The notes: a model not told the origin generated them from the sequence alone. A stretch of 64,000 nucleotides of DNA from Cycas panzhihuaensis (GCA_023213395.1 CM041465.1:41857741-41921740), one strand, 5' to 3'; positions 29,703 to 41,764 are shown, numbered from the stretch's first letter. A program made the numbers and translations.

Positions 29703-31170
29703 TTTATCAAGAACTTTAGTACATAAAAAAAAATTTGATTTTACTAAGTTAAAAAACTTAATAAATGATAAACTTATAAGATATAATTTTAGATAAAATT
29801 TGAAATAAAAATAAATATATGAGTAAATTCAAATATAACTAAGATCCTTTTAATTATGTAAATCTTAATTAAAACATTGGTGATAAAAAATAAAGAAGTC
29901 TTAACCTTTTATTTTTTAAATGTTGGGGTATGTCAAATGCTCAAATTTAGTAGCTTCAAAGTTGTACTAAACAAAGTTAGAATAGCCTGAAATTATACCA
30001 AAGTGAAGATCAATGAAAAAACTATTCAATGGAACTGACCGTTTTGAAAATGGTTTCCTACAATTCAATATTTGAGTGAACAAAGGAGACAATCCTCTTT
30101 TTTAGGCTTAACAGGAGTATGGGGCTCAAAATATTATAAAAATTCTAATAAAATACTTATAAAATATTACAAAATGATCAATTATAGTTTAGAAGACTAC
30201 TCAATATATTTTTTAATTAAAAACTTTGAGAAATAATATATAAAAATTGTGTAATAATGATAGATTAGAGACTATGATATACCTCTACTTTAATAGATTT
30301 GAAAATCTAAAAAAATACTTTAAAACTTATAAATAATAATGTCAGTTCAAAGAGGAGTGAGTCAGCTTCCAAATGAAACTAGCAAAACTGAATTCTGATG
30401 TAAAATAAAAAAGTTATAATGAAAATGACAATAAGTACTTTTATGGTAAAATGTTTAAAAAGTGTTAAAGTGTCACTTTCAGTGATTAAAATAATGATTA
30501 AAATAAATTTTAAAAAATAAAATAAATAAATGGTAATAAAGTTTATAAACAATAGATAACTGCAGAATAGATATGGGTGGAAAATAGTTTCTCGGTGATA
30601 AAATATAATCTGATGAAAAATAGATTTTATGAAAATAGTTTTAAAATGTTCTAAAAATCAATGCCTAGCTTTGGATTGACTAAAACTTGGTCAAATCAGC
30701 TCCAAATAGGTCATATGACCAGCCAAAATCATACCTCAAAAAATTCTAGATGCAATGGAATATGTTCTGTCAGAAACTGATAACCCAGTCAAAAGTTATG
30801 GCAAAAATTTGCTAAGTACCCTATGTGAAATAAAAAAATTTAAAAAAATAAAAGGAAAAAATTATTTATAAAAGTTGTTGGCCCCTTTTGATAAGCTATG
30901 GTCACGTGTTGGGTACATAGGGCTAGGGGATAAATGTTAAAAGGGGCTTATATCCCTTAAACCTTAGAATTGAAAGTATATATAATTAAATTTAATTTTT
31001 AAATAAACTTTAGAAAGAAATATTTAAAAATTAAATATTTTGAATCAAAAAGAGATTGTCGCTTCATTGCCGCCATCTGAGATGTCGTTGTTGCTGCACC
31101 TATCACCACCACAACCATGGAGACGCCGCTGTTATAGGGGGGAACAGAGAATGACCGCTCAGATGAACTT

Positions 31171-31231
31171 GGGGTGGTGGCGCAGTTAGTTAACACATAG
31201 GTCTCATAGCTTACTGAGCGATCCTGAGGTC
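31171..31231 (+). pseudogene. 5' two-thirds of an intron-containing elongator tRNA-Met(CAU), decayed
   Basis: ggggtggtggcgcagttagttaacacataggtctCATa[gcttactgagcg]atcctgaggtc matches the recalled plant tRNA-Met(e) GGGGTGGTGGCGCAGTTGGCTAGCGCGTAGGTCTCATA-intron-ATCCTGAGGTC. T-arm and 3' acceptor strand are absent. Confidence 0.85.
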
Positions 31232-31650
31232 TTCATCACATGGTGCAATATTCTTAAACGTGTACCAAATAGTGCCCTATGGCTTCTCAAGTTCCCTACA
31301 GCTGGAGAGAGTAGATTGTGGGCATTTGTTGCTGCATAGGGTGTCTAACCTGATCAAATTATATTCACAAATATTGCTGCAAAGAATGAGCATATAGGGT
31401 GGCTAATCTTTTCCTTGATACACCATTATGCAATGCTCATACCACAGGCACTGATGTTCTCTGGGTTGGTCTACATGTTGTAGCTCTTCCTCTAGAGAAG
31501 ATGGCTACACGAGTAGTTGGATCTATTTGTTTGGCCACAAGTCTTAGAGAAGAGATGGTTGCCAGCAATATGCAAGAGTATGAGGGGAAGGTTGTTAGTC
31601 TTACTCAATGCCCTGCAAGGCTTCAAGCACTTACAACCAAACTTAGAATG
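31220..31650 (+). pseudogene. SEC: Uninterrupted fragment of O-GlcNAc transferase (SECRET AGENT-type, GT41 C-terminal domain)
   Basis: [26 protein letters not shown]...PDQIIFT...LFLDTPLCNAHTTGTDVLW...LPLEKMATRV. Two stops and a frameshifting deletion near 31398. Confidence 0.9.
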
Positions 31651-31653
31651 TAA

Positions 31654-31936
31654 TGTCAAGTGAATGGGAGGCTACAAGGCTTGAGGCATTGCTTTGGATG
31701 TCATTTCTTTTGGAAAGGCATCGCACAGAGGTTGCAAGAGGAGATTTTATTATGTTTTTCAACCAAATATTTGATGCACTATGTAAACTCTTAGTAGATT
31801 TAGATGCTAATATGTAGAGCGTTGTACATCTTTTTTATCGCCTTGTTAAGGATATTGTTACAAAAAGTGATAAGTTCATCATTGAAGAATTCATACCATT
31901 GCTAAGGGAACAAATGAACGTTCTCAATCCTTATGT
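31654..31936 (+). pseudogene. VAC14: VAC14 fragment with exon order scrambled
   Basis: SSEWEATRLEALLWMSFLLERHRTE | VARGDFIMFFNQIFDALCKL..DANM*S..HL..RLVKDIVT.SD.F.IEEFIPLLREQMNVLNPY. Confidence 0.85.
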
Positions 31937-32178
31937 AATATAGTTGAGGATCCAGCACGGACTGTAGAATATACCATTGACAGAACTGTTATAAGCATCC
32001 CCAGTATAAGCATACCTGTGGACACAGCTTTCACATGATTATGAAGACCATTGCATTCATAGTCCCTAGGTTCACTTGAAAGCCCATTGTAGCACAAGTA
32101 CGTGCAGTATAGAGATATTATAGAAGCTGGCAAAAGACTGTCATTCACCTTAGGATGGAGTGCAATGACTGCAAATGT
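31936..32178 (-). pseudogene. Serine incorporator (SERINC/TMS family) fragment
   Basis: FAVIALHPKVNDSLLPASIISLYCTYLCYNGLSSEPRDYECNGLH...VYSTVRAGSST. Confidence 0.88.
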
Positions 32179-32254
32179 AATGTAATACTTAAATGTAATG
32201 TAATGCTTGATGTAATGTAATGTAATGTTTGAATGTAATGTAATGCTTGATGTG
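32174..32254. repeat. TGTAA-based minisatellite, about four (A)ATGTAATGTAATGCTTG units
   Basis: Read directly from the sequence. Confidence 0.9.
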
Positions 32255-32310
32255 TATGGGAAAATGGGTAATTCTTGGAACAGAGTTTTATTGTTATTTG
32301 TAAAGATAAA

Positions 32311-32616
32311 AGAGCAAGGGATAATGTGAAGTTTTTAACAACTATTAAGTGTTATTTCAAGATAATTTCTAGTGAACCTTTGCTAAGGGTTCTTGAAATA
32401 ATAAGTCCTATGATGAATGCTCTTTGTATGGTTTGGATTCTTTCATATTACTATTCAGATGATTCTAACATGGGCTATCTTATAGAGCGTATAGCACATC
32501 AGATTGTAGAAAGAGTCTCAGAAGAGATAAATCTCAAGATTTTATTCAAGATGCTTGCTAATGATGCTGAATGTAAATTAAATATGGCAAAAAATGTATT
32601 GGACTCTTGGAGGTTT
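32311..32616 (+). pseudogene. Axonemal dynein heavy chain N-terminal tail fragment (DNAH10/inner-arm I1-alpha-like)
   Basis: ARDNVKFLTTI..YFK...PMMNALCMVWILS.YYSDDSNMGYLIERIAHQIVERV...INLKILFK resembles the recalled DNAH10 EAKDNVRFLST...AMMSALRMVWIISRHY..DERM..LMERIAWEIAERV. Confidence 0.8.
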
Positions 32617-33119
32617 TAAAAATAACTTACAACAATAAAGTGGCTTCAGTGCATAGAAACATACAATCATAGAGAAAATATAATACATAGATATTTTCTT
32701 TAGCAATTCTTTTATATATACCAAATAAATAAAATGTATATAAAAGTAGACTTTCCTATTCCCCTTTTTCTTGTTTTCTATCTACTTTTGACAAAGTAGG
32801 TTGAAGAAGTCTTGCCTGGAATATATGCTAGATCTTTTAAATATATTAATGAAAATAAATCAATAAAATAAGAAGTATATATATTTGTATCTAAAATCTT
32901 TCAAATATATTGGAGTAGATGTATCACAAAACCAAGAAATATATATGAGTTTAAATCTAAAAATAAATAAAAAAGAACTTGGTAAGCAGTTGTAGTAGAT
33001 TTGTAGCAGGTTGACTTCCAAAGATGAGATCTTCTTCCATACAAATCAAAGCTTTAAACAAATTTCTCTAATAGGCAGATCTACTATAATATATGACTTA
33101 TTGGGCTAAATATGCACTA

Positions 33120-33500
33120 AAAACTTACAGATCTAAAAAAAAACTTGAAAAAATGGTCAAATATGTGATAAAATATATAGAGATAAAGAATATATATAAC
33201 AGATTTAAAAAAAACTTGAATAAATATTATAGATCTAAAATAAATATTACAGATCTAAAGTAAATATTACTGATATGTAGGCAATATTACAGATCTGAAA
33301 CAAATATTACAGATATAAACAAAATAAACTAGAAAAATGGTAAAATATTTGATAAAATAAGCAGATCTGAAGAATATATAGCACATCTGAAGAAAACTTT
33401 GAATAAATATTGTTTGCAACTGTGCTTCTGCACAGATCTAAAAAAAGTATTAGATAAATAAACAAAATATGCTTGAAAAATGTCAAATATTTGATAAAAA
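33120..33500. repeat. Degenerate tandem repeats (aaatattacagatctaaa, ~20 bp) in the element leader
   Basis: Repeated (C)AGATCT units; clearest at 33220-33320. Confidence 0.7.
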
Positions 33501-36500
33501 TATATAAAATTTATTGATAAAACCTCTTATAGAGTGATAGAAACTTGATATTTGTTGTTTATAGCTATGCACCTACACAAATCTGAAGAAAATCTAAAAT
33601 ATATTTGTTATATCACAAGTAAAACTCAAGAATAATCAAATATGATAAAAAATAAAAGAAACTTGCTAATAAACTTTGCAGAAAATAAATATGACCAATA
33701 TTTACTAACTTGTGAGTAGATCTACTTTAAATACTAATAAATCTTCTATCTTCTTCAAAAAACTTCAAATGGAGATGTAACAGCCCAACAATTTCTACTC
33801 TAATATCAAATGAAGGAAAATAATGTGATAGAGAACAAGGTAGAACATAAACAAATAATCATAGATCAATACATCATTATTACATAAACAAGAATCCTTT
33901 GTATTCAATCCATTATTGTGAAGAGAGTATTACAAATGTCCAAAATCAAGGCAGTGTCTAAAGACACCAGGGTTGCACACCCCTCAAAATATATAGTTTG
34001 AAGGAAGAGGGAAACTCCTTAATCCCTAAAATTTAAATAACAATAAAATATAAGTTAACTCAAATTAACTTAAATCAAATCAAACTTACCTTATACTTAC
34101 ATATACATGCGAGCACCCACATATGTAAATTGATGAGAGTGAGGTGTGCACTCCTAGTTGAAAGGTAGGAGTGGGGTGATGAGCATTAACCCCAACATAA
34201 ACCAATTAATGTTCCTCTTCTTGCTAGTTTAAAATTATCAGTTGAATAATGCCCAAAGACTCACCAAGAAGTTGAAGACATGGAATTTATCCCTTATACT
34301 AGTATTATTGGTAGCCTGATGTATATGATGGTTTATACTCAACCAGATATTACCCATGCAGTGGGAGTAATTAACAGGTATATGTCAAATCCAGGCAGGG
34401 AGAATTAAATGGCTGTGAAAAGGATTTTTAGATATCTGTGAGGTACATCAGACTATGGAATTTTCTATCAAGGAGATCCGATGGAGAGTAGAATAGTAAA
34501 TCCAAGAGGTTTTATTGATGTTGATTAGACTAGAGATCTTGACAGCAAAAGATCTACAAGCGGATATGTTTTTACCCTTTGTGATGGCGCAGTTAGTTGG
34601 ATGAGTAAAAGACAACAAGTTGTGATACTTTCTAGCACAGAAGAAGAGTATATGGTAGCTACTTATATGTACAAAAGAAGTGGTTTGGTTAGAGAGATTA
34701 TACACAGATATTGACTTTAAGCAGGATGTTGTGAGGATAGATCGCAATAGTCAAAGTGCAATCTACTTAGTAAAGAACCCTATTTTTTATACCCGGTCAA
34801 AGCATATTAATGTGTAGTTCCATTTTGTAAGGGAAATGGTTCAAGATCACAAGGTGGACTTGCAGAAGATTGCTACACAAGAGAATGTTACAAACTCATT
34901 GACTAAGATTGTTGGCACAGAAAAATTTAAATGGTATAGAATTGCAATGAGTCTTTGTGATTTTGATATTCAATAGTTGTGTATGCAGGTTTTCTTATAA
35001 AGTGTTCAACAAGTGGGAGATTGTTAAATATGTTGAACACTTTGCAAGTGTTACATAGGTATAGGCGTTACACCCAAACCCTTTGTGGGATCTCAGGGCC
35101 CGTTGTAGGGCCCCCGACTGGGGGGTTTGGGGGGGTAGTAGCCCTCGAGGTGGGGGTTTGAGGATGGGAGCTCCTAAGAAAAAACAATTGGTGTCTTATA
35201 GGGGTCTTTGTCAACCCAATAGTTTATGCCCATTGTATTGTAAAACCGCAAGGCGGTATCTTGTAATGTTATGTCTATATATTCTTATGTGACGGCACAT
35301 GTAATATATGATACGAAGATGATGGTGGGATCATGGATGAGTCGAGAAGAAGAGTTGGAGTTCATCTCTGTTATTCTTTAGTTATTTCTCAGATTAATAA
35401 AAGGTTTATGCTTAGACCTGAATCTCTTAGTGTTCTTTGTTGAGTATTTGATTTGTTTATGTTATTTGTTCTTTGCATGGTTTAGAGTTCTATTATCACA
35501 TTGCTTCTTGGTTATATTTTCTCTTCACATTTCTCCTCTTATTTGGATCAGGTCTAGAATTCCTATCTATGAATAAGACCTAAAGGTACTTCCCTACTTA
35601 AATTCTAAGAAAAATAACTATCCATAAGCCTGAAGGCATATTATTTTGGTATCAAAGCCAAGTTGTCTATCTACAATATCTAATTACTTAAAGATTTTAG
35701 GGTTTGCATAATTATATGAATAGTCGTACAACCTCCATGTGGAAATATACAAACCAAAAAAAAAAGTGCTTAGAATTTGATAAAAATTTAACAAAATGTA
35801 TGCAATCATACAGACACCATTATATCCCAAAGGACCATCATGAAAATCTCACTTGAAAAGTAAAAAAATAAAGAAAAACTTGGATGTTAGTTTGAGGCTT
35901 CAACTATAATTTTCTCTAAAATTTCTCAAGCAATCTCTTTAAAACTAGTCTTAATCTCTTCTTTTTTACTAGATCTATCTTTAAGTATAAATTTGTTATA
36001 TTAAATTTTATGATTCCTTTCATACGAGCAAAAAGTGTTTTCAAATCCTAGTCACCCATTTCTATTTTGGAGTCATTTTCTCGAAAACCAGACATCCAAT
36101 TAAAAAACTGACTACAAATTTAGATATGCAACTAAAAAGCTTTGATTTGAGCCTTTTTCTTTTTTAATCACACAATTCCATATAACTATATAACCATGCA
36201 AAATCATACCTTCAAATAGAAATTTAATTTTTTTAATAATTTTTTTTCTCTTCTAAATTTCTAGTCAAAAAAATAAAAACTCTTTATGACTTGAGATACA
36301 TATATAGGAAGGGGAATATATAGCTATATCTAGTCATAAATCCTTCATTAGCAAGTATACCTCGCCTAAATATTTCTTATAAAATGAGCATATTGTTATA
36401 AGCCCTCTTTATAAGTAAGTGTATCCCTATAAGCAAGCGTATCTCAAATATACCATGTCTCATGATCAAGAGGATCAGTCCCAACTAGACATCACCAAAC

Positions 36501-36817
36501 TCTTGACATAAAAACTTCATGAACAATGACAAAATACTCAAGTTTGTTAACAAAATTTAGTCACTAATATGATAACTATATTTCAAAAAATTCTACAACA
36601 ATAAGCAATTCTAACAATAGTTCCAATTTAGACACCATATTTCAAATTAAATGCAAAAATTAATATAGCACTTTTTAAAGGTACAATGAATGCAGACAAG
36701 TTAGATACATAGGTTCGAAGTCTTAAAGCTTATTTCAAGACACAACAATTCACTAAAACTCAACAAATTATGGTTGTTGAACTTCACATAGCAGAATAAT
36801 CTTTAACATGGGCAAGT

Positions 36818-38879
36818 TGTTACAGGTTTAATTCTGTAATCAATAAATATAGAGAAATAAAAAAAGAAAATGATAGAAAAAGCCAAAGAAGGAAGTAAAG
36901 TTTTGAAGAATATTCATTAACATAAAACCATATATCCTCTGTTTATAATAGAGTGGAGAATATATAACATTAAACCCCACATCATTATATTCCTACCTCT
37001 AAATTGACTAGTCCCTTGCTTTCACTAACCTTACCCTATTCTTATATGGTAGAAGATCATAACAAGCCCCCCCCCCCCTCCTTGAGATGATTTACCCTCA
37101 AAGCATCATGATGCATTGATGCATGTGACCACCTTCTATTATTATTATCTAATCGATAGGTTTTGTGAAAGTCATCAAAAATATTACACATAGAATAAAG
37201 ATCTCTCCATTCCAAGTAGATTCTAATACATCCTAGATATCCTCTGATATGCTCTAGATGTTTGTGATATTAAAACCTCAAGCTCGAATACTATGCTTAC
37301 TTGGGATATGTAATTGATGAAGGGCTTGCCTGATAAGTTTTGTCACACTAAGTCTCTTTATAATATGGATGTTGATATGGTTTCACTTTAGTTTGCCTTT
37401 CAACCTTTGGTGATGTCTTTTCTTCTTTGTCCTTAGCTACATCTGGTGATGTGGAGTGGAAAACAACTTCTACTACTTACTCTTGACACTCTTTTTCTCC
37501 CTCATCATTCTTTTGTTGTTTTTAACTTTGTGGAATTGGAAGAATTCGTTGTTCCACCTTATAATTGAACTTCTCTAATATTTGGTGATATTTTTTTTTT
37601 TTAATTAAGACTTTGCATCTCCTACTACAAAAAATCATTATATCTTATATAAATTATCCATTGTAGCTAGAAAATTTGATTAAATATAGTTGTATTATAC
37701 CACTTCTTAAACCAAAAGTAAGACTTTTCTTGTAAATATATTAAGCAACTTTAGAGATTTCATCATTGCTTAAATATTTATTAGTAAGTGATCTTAAATA
37801 TAAATGCATATCTCTAATCTAGTCATCTACAGTAAGAGTCCCATACGCGGTATGAGCCTTTGATAGCCATGATGATGTGAAAATAGAAAATGCTAGTGGT
37901 GTCTATAACTAGTTAGCCCCCTTAATATAATTTTTTTTTCTTAATATAAAAAAAAATATTATACACTCAAGAGTAATGGTATAAAACCAAGGTCTGAATG
38001 GCTAAGAATAACACAAAAATAAATATCAACACAAACCCTTATCAAATAGGAAGATTAACTTCAAATTTAAATATATGATAAATAATGGCTTAAAAAAACA
38101 TAAAATATGGCCCAAAATAATGGCCTTTGAATTATAATTTCAACGATTTAGATGGAATTGAACTTTGATATAGATATCCAAATATATAATCTTTCTGAGG
38201 AGGATTTACTCCTAAGGTTTTAAGACTATAACAGTACCCTCTGATAAAATGTAGATAACTTTTTGCTCAGACTTTTGATTAACCTAAGACTACTTCCATT
38301 CAAAAGTAGAGAAAAAATCGCATAGAATTAAAAAATATTTGAGGTCATTTAGATACCTATAGCTAAAGTTATAGCTATTTGAAGTTGAGATAGCAGATTT
38401 GCCTTTAAATTTGGTGATAGAAAATATGCCAAAATTAAATCTATTATAATTTTCATACTTTCACCTCGAAATCTATAGCTCAATCACTCAAAATTTATAT
38501 GACAAATAATTTTATCTCAAATTGACTATTGCTTTTTATAAATTTCAACGTTTATTCTCCAATATATGTCTTTAAACCTTACATTCAAGTAGGAGGGAAA
38601 AAACTCCAAAAGTCCTTGCTCTGATACCACTTCTTACAGGTCTAATCTTGTCACCATTTAACATAGAGAAATAAAAAGAGAAAATGATAGAAAGAAGACA
38701 AAGGAAGAGGTAAAGTTCCAAAGAATATTCATTAATATAACACCATGTATCCTCTCTTTAAAATAGAGTGAGGTATATATAACATTAACCCCCACATTAT
38801 TATATTCTTACCTCTAAGCTGACCAATCCCCTACCTTCACTAACCCTACCCTATTCTTATATGGTAGAGGATAATAAAA
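36818..38879 (-). mobile_element. Small non-autonomous LTR element (TRIM/LARD-like) inserted in the gypsy gag
   Basis: LTRs 36818-37063 and ~38632-38879. PBS rc gctctgatacca at 38618-38629; PPT rc poly-C at 37066-37080. TSD only weakly recognisable. Confidence 0.85.
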
Positions 38880-41764
38880 TAAACACTCTCCTGTAATCAA
38901 CCTCCTATCATATGGGTTGATTTTAAAAATATTATATGCAGTCAGTTCTACCCTTTAGAATACTTAGATGAACTCACTATGCATTGGTTACATCTTCGAT
39001 AGACCTCAAGATAACATGTTTAGTAATACGTTGACAAGTTTATCAAACTTTCTATTCAATTAGAAGTTTCTAACTCTGATCATATTCTTAAGTTGAAATT
39101 TATAGGTGAACTCTTTTCGTTTCTATAGTGTTAGATGGATTCCCTTCAAATTCCTACTCTACTTATCGACTTGCTCTTAAAATTGAGAACAAGTTACAAT
39201 GGAAGCCATGACCACCTTCGACAATTGTTTTGTCTTCCAAAATAGTTAATGTACAATGACCACCTAACACAAATAAATATTATTCTTTCCATAAGTATTC
39301 ATGACACACAGATGCCTAATGTCAAGCACAACATAAGTCATACACTTTGGTCACTGAACCTCAAGCACTACTAGATTCAGATGATATTATTGAAGTTCTT
39401 AATTTGTAGGCTATAGATCCACATCTTGTATTAATGACTCTAAATTTTTTTTCTTCTGAGAGAAAATGAGTCTTCACACAAAATTATCAAAACAATGATT
39501 GTCTAGTTCTTTGTATTATTAACAACGACAACATGAAGAATCTCATCTTTCAAACTTTTATTGATTCTCTATAGTTACCCACTAGGTCACATCCCAAGCC
39601 TTGTACTCTTGGGTGAATAACAGCTAATGGTCATAAAACAATGGTAGACAAGATCTGCACTGCTATTTTTGTTGTTCCATCATTCTTAGATATAGTCAAT
39701 TAGGATGTCACTTCTATGTATTTTAGTGACATTCTTTTAGGACATCCATATCAACATGATCGCCAAGCATTGTATGATGGTTATCATAATATTTATATGC
39801 TTCACAAAAATGAGAAAGCATACAAGCTTACTTCTGTAGCCAATACTTCACCATCCTTAACTCTTGTCACTAAAAATCTTGTAGTTAAACTTGCTAACAC
39901 ATCCAAGCAAATGGCACTTTGTGTAATCTATCAAGCTAAAAAAGAAAATTATAAAAAAATTCCACCAAAAGCAATAAGAACTCTTTCAGATGCGTACTCT
40001 GATGTCTTTACAAAACCTAAAGGTCTTCCTCTAATACGCGTTGTCTACCATTCCATTGATCTTGTTTCTAGGTCTCATGTTTCTAATCAAACTTCATATT
40101 GCACTACTCCTCTCACCTATACTAAATTGGAGTGATAACTTATTAAATTGATTGATGAAGGAAATTTTCAACCAGTTATTCCCCTTATGGCTCCCCTTTG
40201 CAATCTTAATTCCAAAAAAAAAAGATAAAGAGTGGCGCCTATGTATTGATTATTGAGCTCTTAACAAAATCACTATAAAAAATAGATATCCACTCCCTTA
40301 CATTTATGATTTACTTGATTATCTCAAAAAAGCCAAATATTTTTCTAAACTTGACTTGGCTTCTAGACTCAAAGTGGCCTCTATGAATGGTTAGTCATGT
40401 CTTTTGGCTTAACCAATACCCCCACCACTTTAATGTAATTGATTGATGACCTTTTGATCTTAAACAACACCTTCGATGAACACCTTCAACATGTCAATCT
40501 TGTAATGGCTTTATTGTGACAACATCAACTCAAGGCCAAATTAAAGAAATGTTTCTTTGCATAATAATCTATCTCATACCTCAAATTCATCATCAATAAG
40601 GATGTTGTTCATGTTAACCCAAAAAAGATCTGCACCATTCAAAATTGATTTACATATTCTACCCTCACCAAGCTCAAAAGTTTTATTGGAAGTGTTAACT
40701 TTTATAGAAAATTTATTTCCCACTTTTCTACGATTACACATCCCATTAACATTGTTACTAAAAATACCAAAGATTTTGTATGGAACCTTTTTGCTAAAGT
40801 TGCTTTTCAAAATCTCAAAATTGCCTTATATACCACACATGTTTTTTATCTCTATGGCCTCACTTAGTCTTTTGAACTTGAGACTAATGCTTCCCAATTT
40901 ACCGTCAGTGTTATTCTTAAGCATGGAGGACATCTAATAGCTTATCATTCTGCAATATTTTCCCAAGCCAAGCTTAACTACAGTACTTATAATAAAGAAT
41001 TGTATGCCCTCATTCAAGTCCTCTATCATTGGCAGCATTTCTCCTTGTCAAAAAAACTATTGTTCATACCAATCACCAACCTCTCTAATTTTTGAATTCC
41101 TAATCCAAAATCTAGGAACATCGACACCTCAAATAGGCCTCCTACATTCAACAATTTTAATTTGTGATCAAATAAAAAAAAAAAGGTGTCTCCAATAAAG
41201 TAATCGACTTTCTTAACCAAACTTCAATCTAAACTTTGGTCATCTTCTTAAATGCTACTTTCAACGGATATTCTGAATTGCAACCTTTATTTCCTTTCGA
41301 TCCACAATTCAAACTTATCATGACCACATTATCTCATCCCACACTTACTAGTTTAGAACCTTTTCTAAATTATCACCTTAAAGATAGTATCCTTTACAAA
41401 CTTAACTGCTTATATGTACCTGTGGGCACTCCATAATAGCAACTACTCAAACAGGCTTATTCTTTGACATACAATGGACATTTTCAAATGCATAAAACAC
41501 TTCAGTATCTCCAACGTTTATTTCTACTAGCCTTTCATACAAAAGATAGTCAATGATTATATACAACATTGCCCTTTATGCAACCAATCTAAACCCTCTA
41601 ATCAGAAATTTGAGCTTTATCAACCTCTTCCAATCCCCAGTCGACCCTAAGAATCTATTTCACTAAACTTTGTCAGTAGGTTACCCATAACTAAACATGA
41701 TCCCAACTGTATTTTCATCATTATTTGTCATTTTTCCAAAATGACTATTTTCGTCCCTTATACC

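Larger units (their letters stand above)
28600..34197 (-). mobile_element. Gag-only non-autonomous LTR element carrying captured cellular RNA fragments, inserted in the copia RT
   Basis: LTRs 28600-28976 and 33811-34197. TSD TAAAC at 28595-99 and 34198-202. Decayed PBS rc actctaatatca at ~33797-33808; PPT rc ttctccccctt at 28977. Host RT resumes at 34203. Confidence 0.92.
21839..35527 (+). mobile_element. Ty1/copia (Tnt1/Tork-like) inserted in the gypsy 5' LTR
   Basis: TSD CATTT at 21834-38 and 35528-32. 5' LTR 21839-22163 plus 25175-25311; PBS tggtatcagagc at 25314; gag MASTTKMEIEKFNG at 25398; INT 26680-27540; RT 27840-28599 plus 34203-34500; RH to ~34960; PPT aagtgggaga; 3' LTR 35022-35527. 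Confidence 0.92.

Noticed and set aside
31171-31231. Functional tRNA-Met gene
   Set aside because: Lacks T-arm/B-box and 3' acceptor strand; D-arm is mutated.
31648-32254. True CRISPR array
   Set aside because: Repeat is only 5-18 bp, inserts are 240-430 bp, there are no cas genes and the context is eukaryotic. The resemblance is an analogy only.
32275-32619. Exon of a functional dynein gene
   Set aside because: Isolated ~100-codon piece inside a TSD-bounded LTR element, with substitutions at normally conserved positions.
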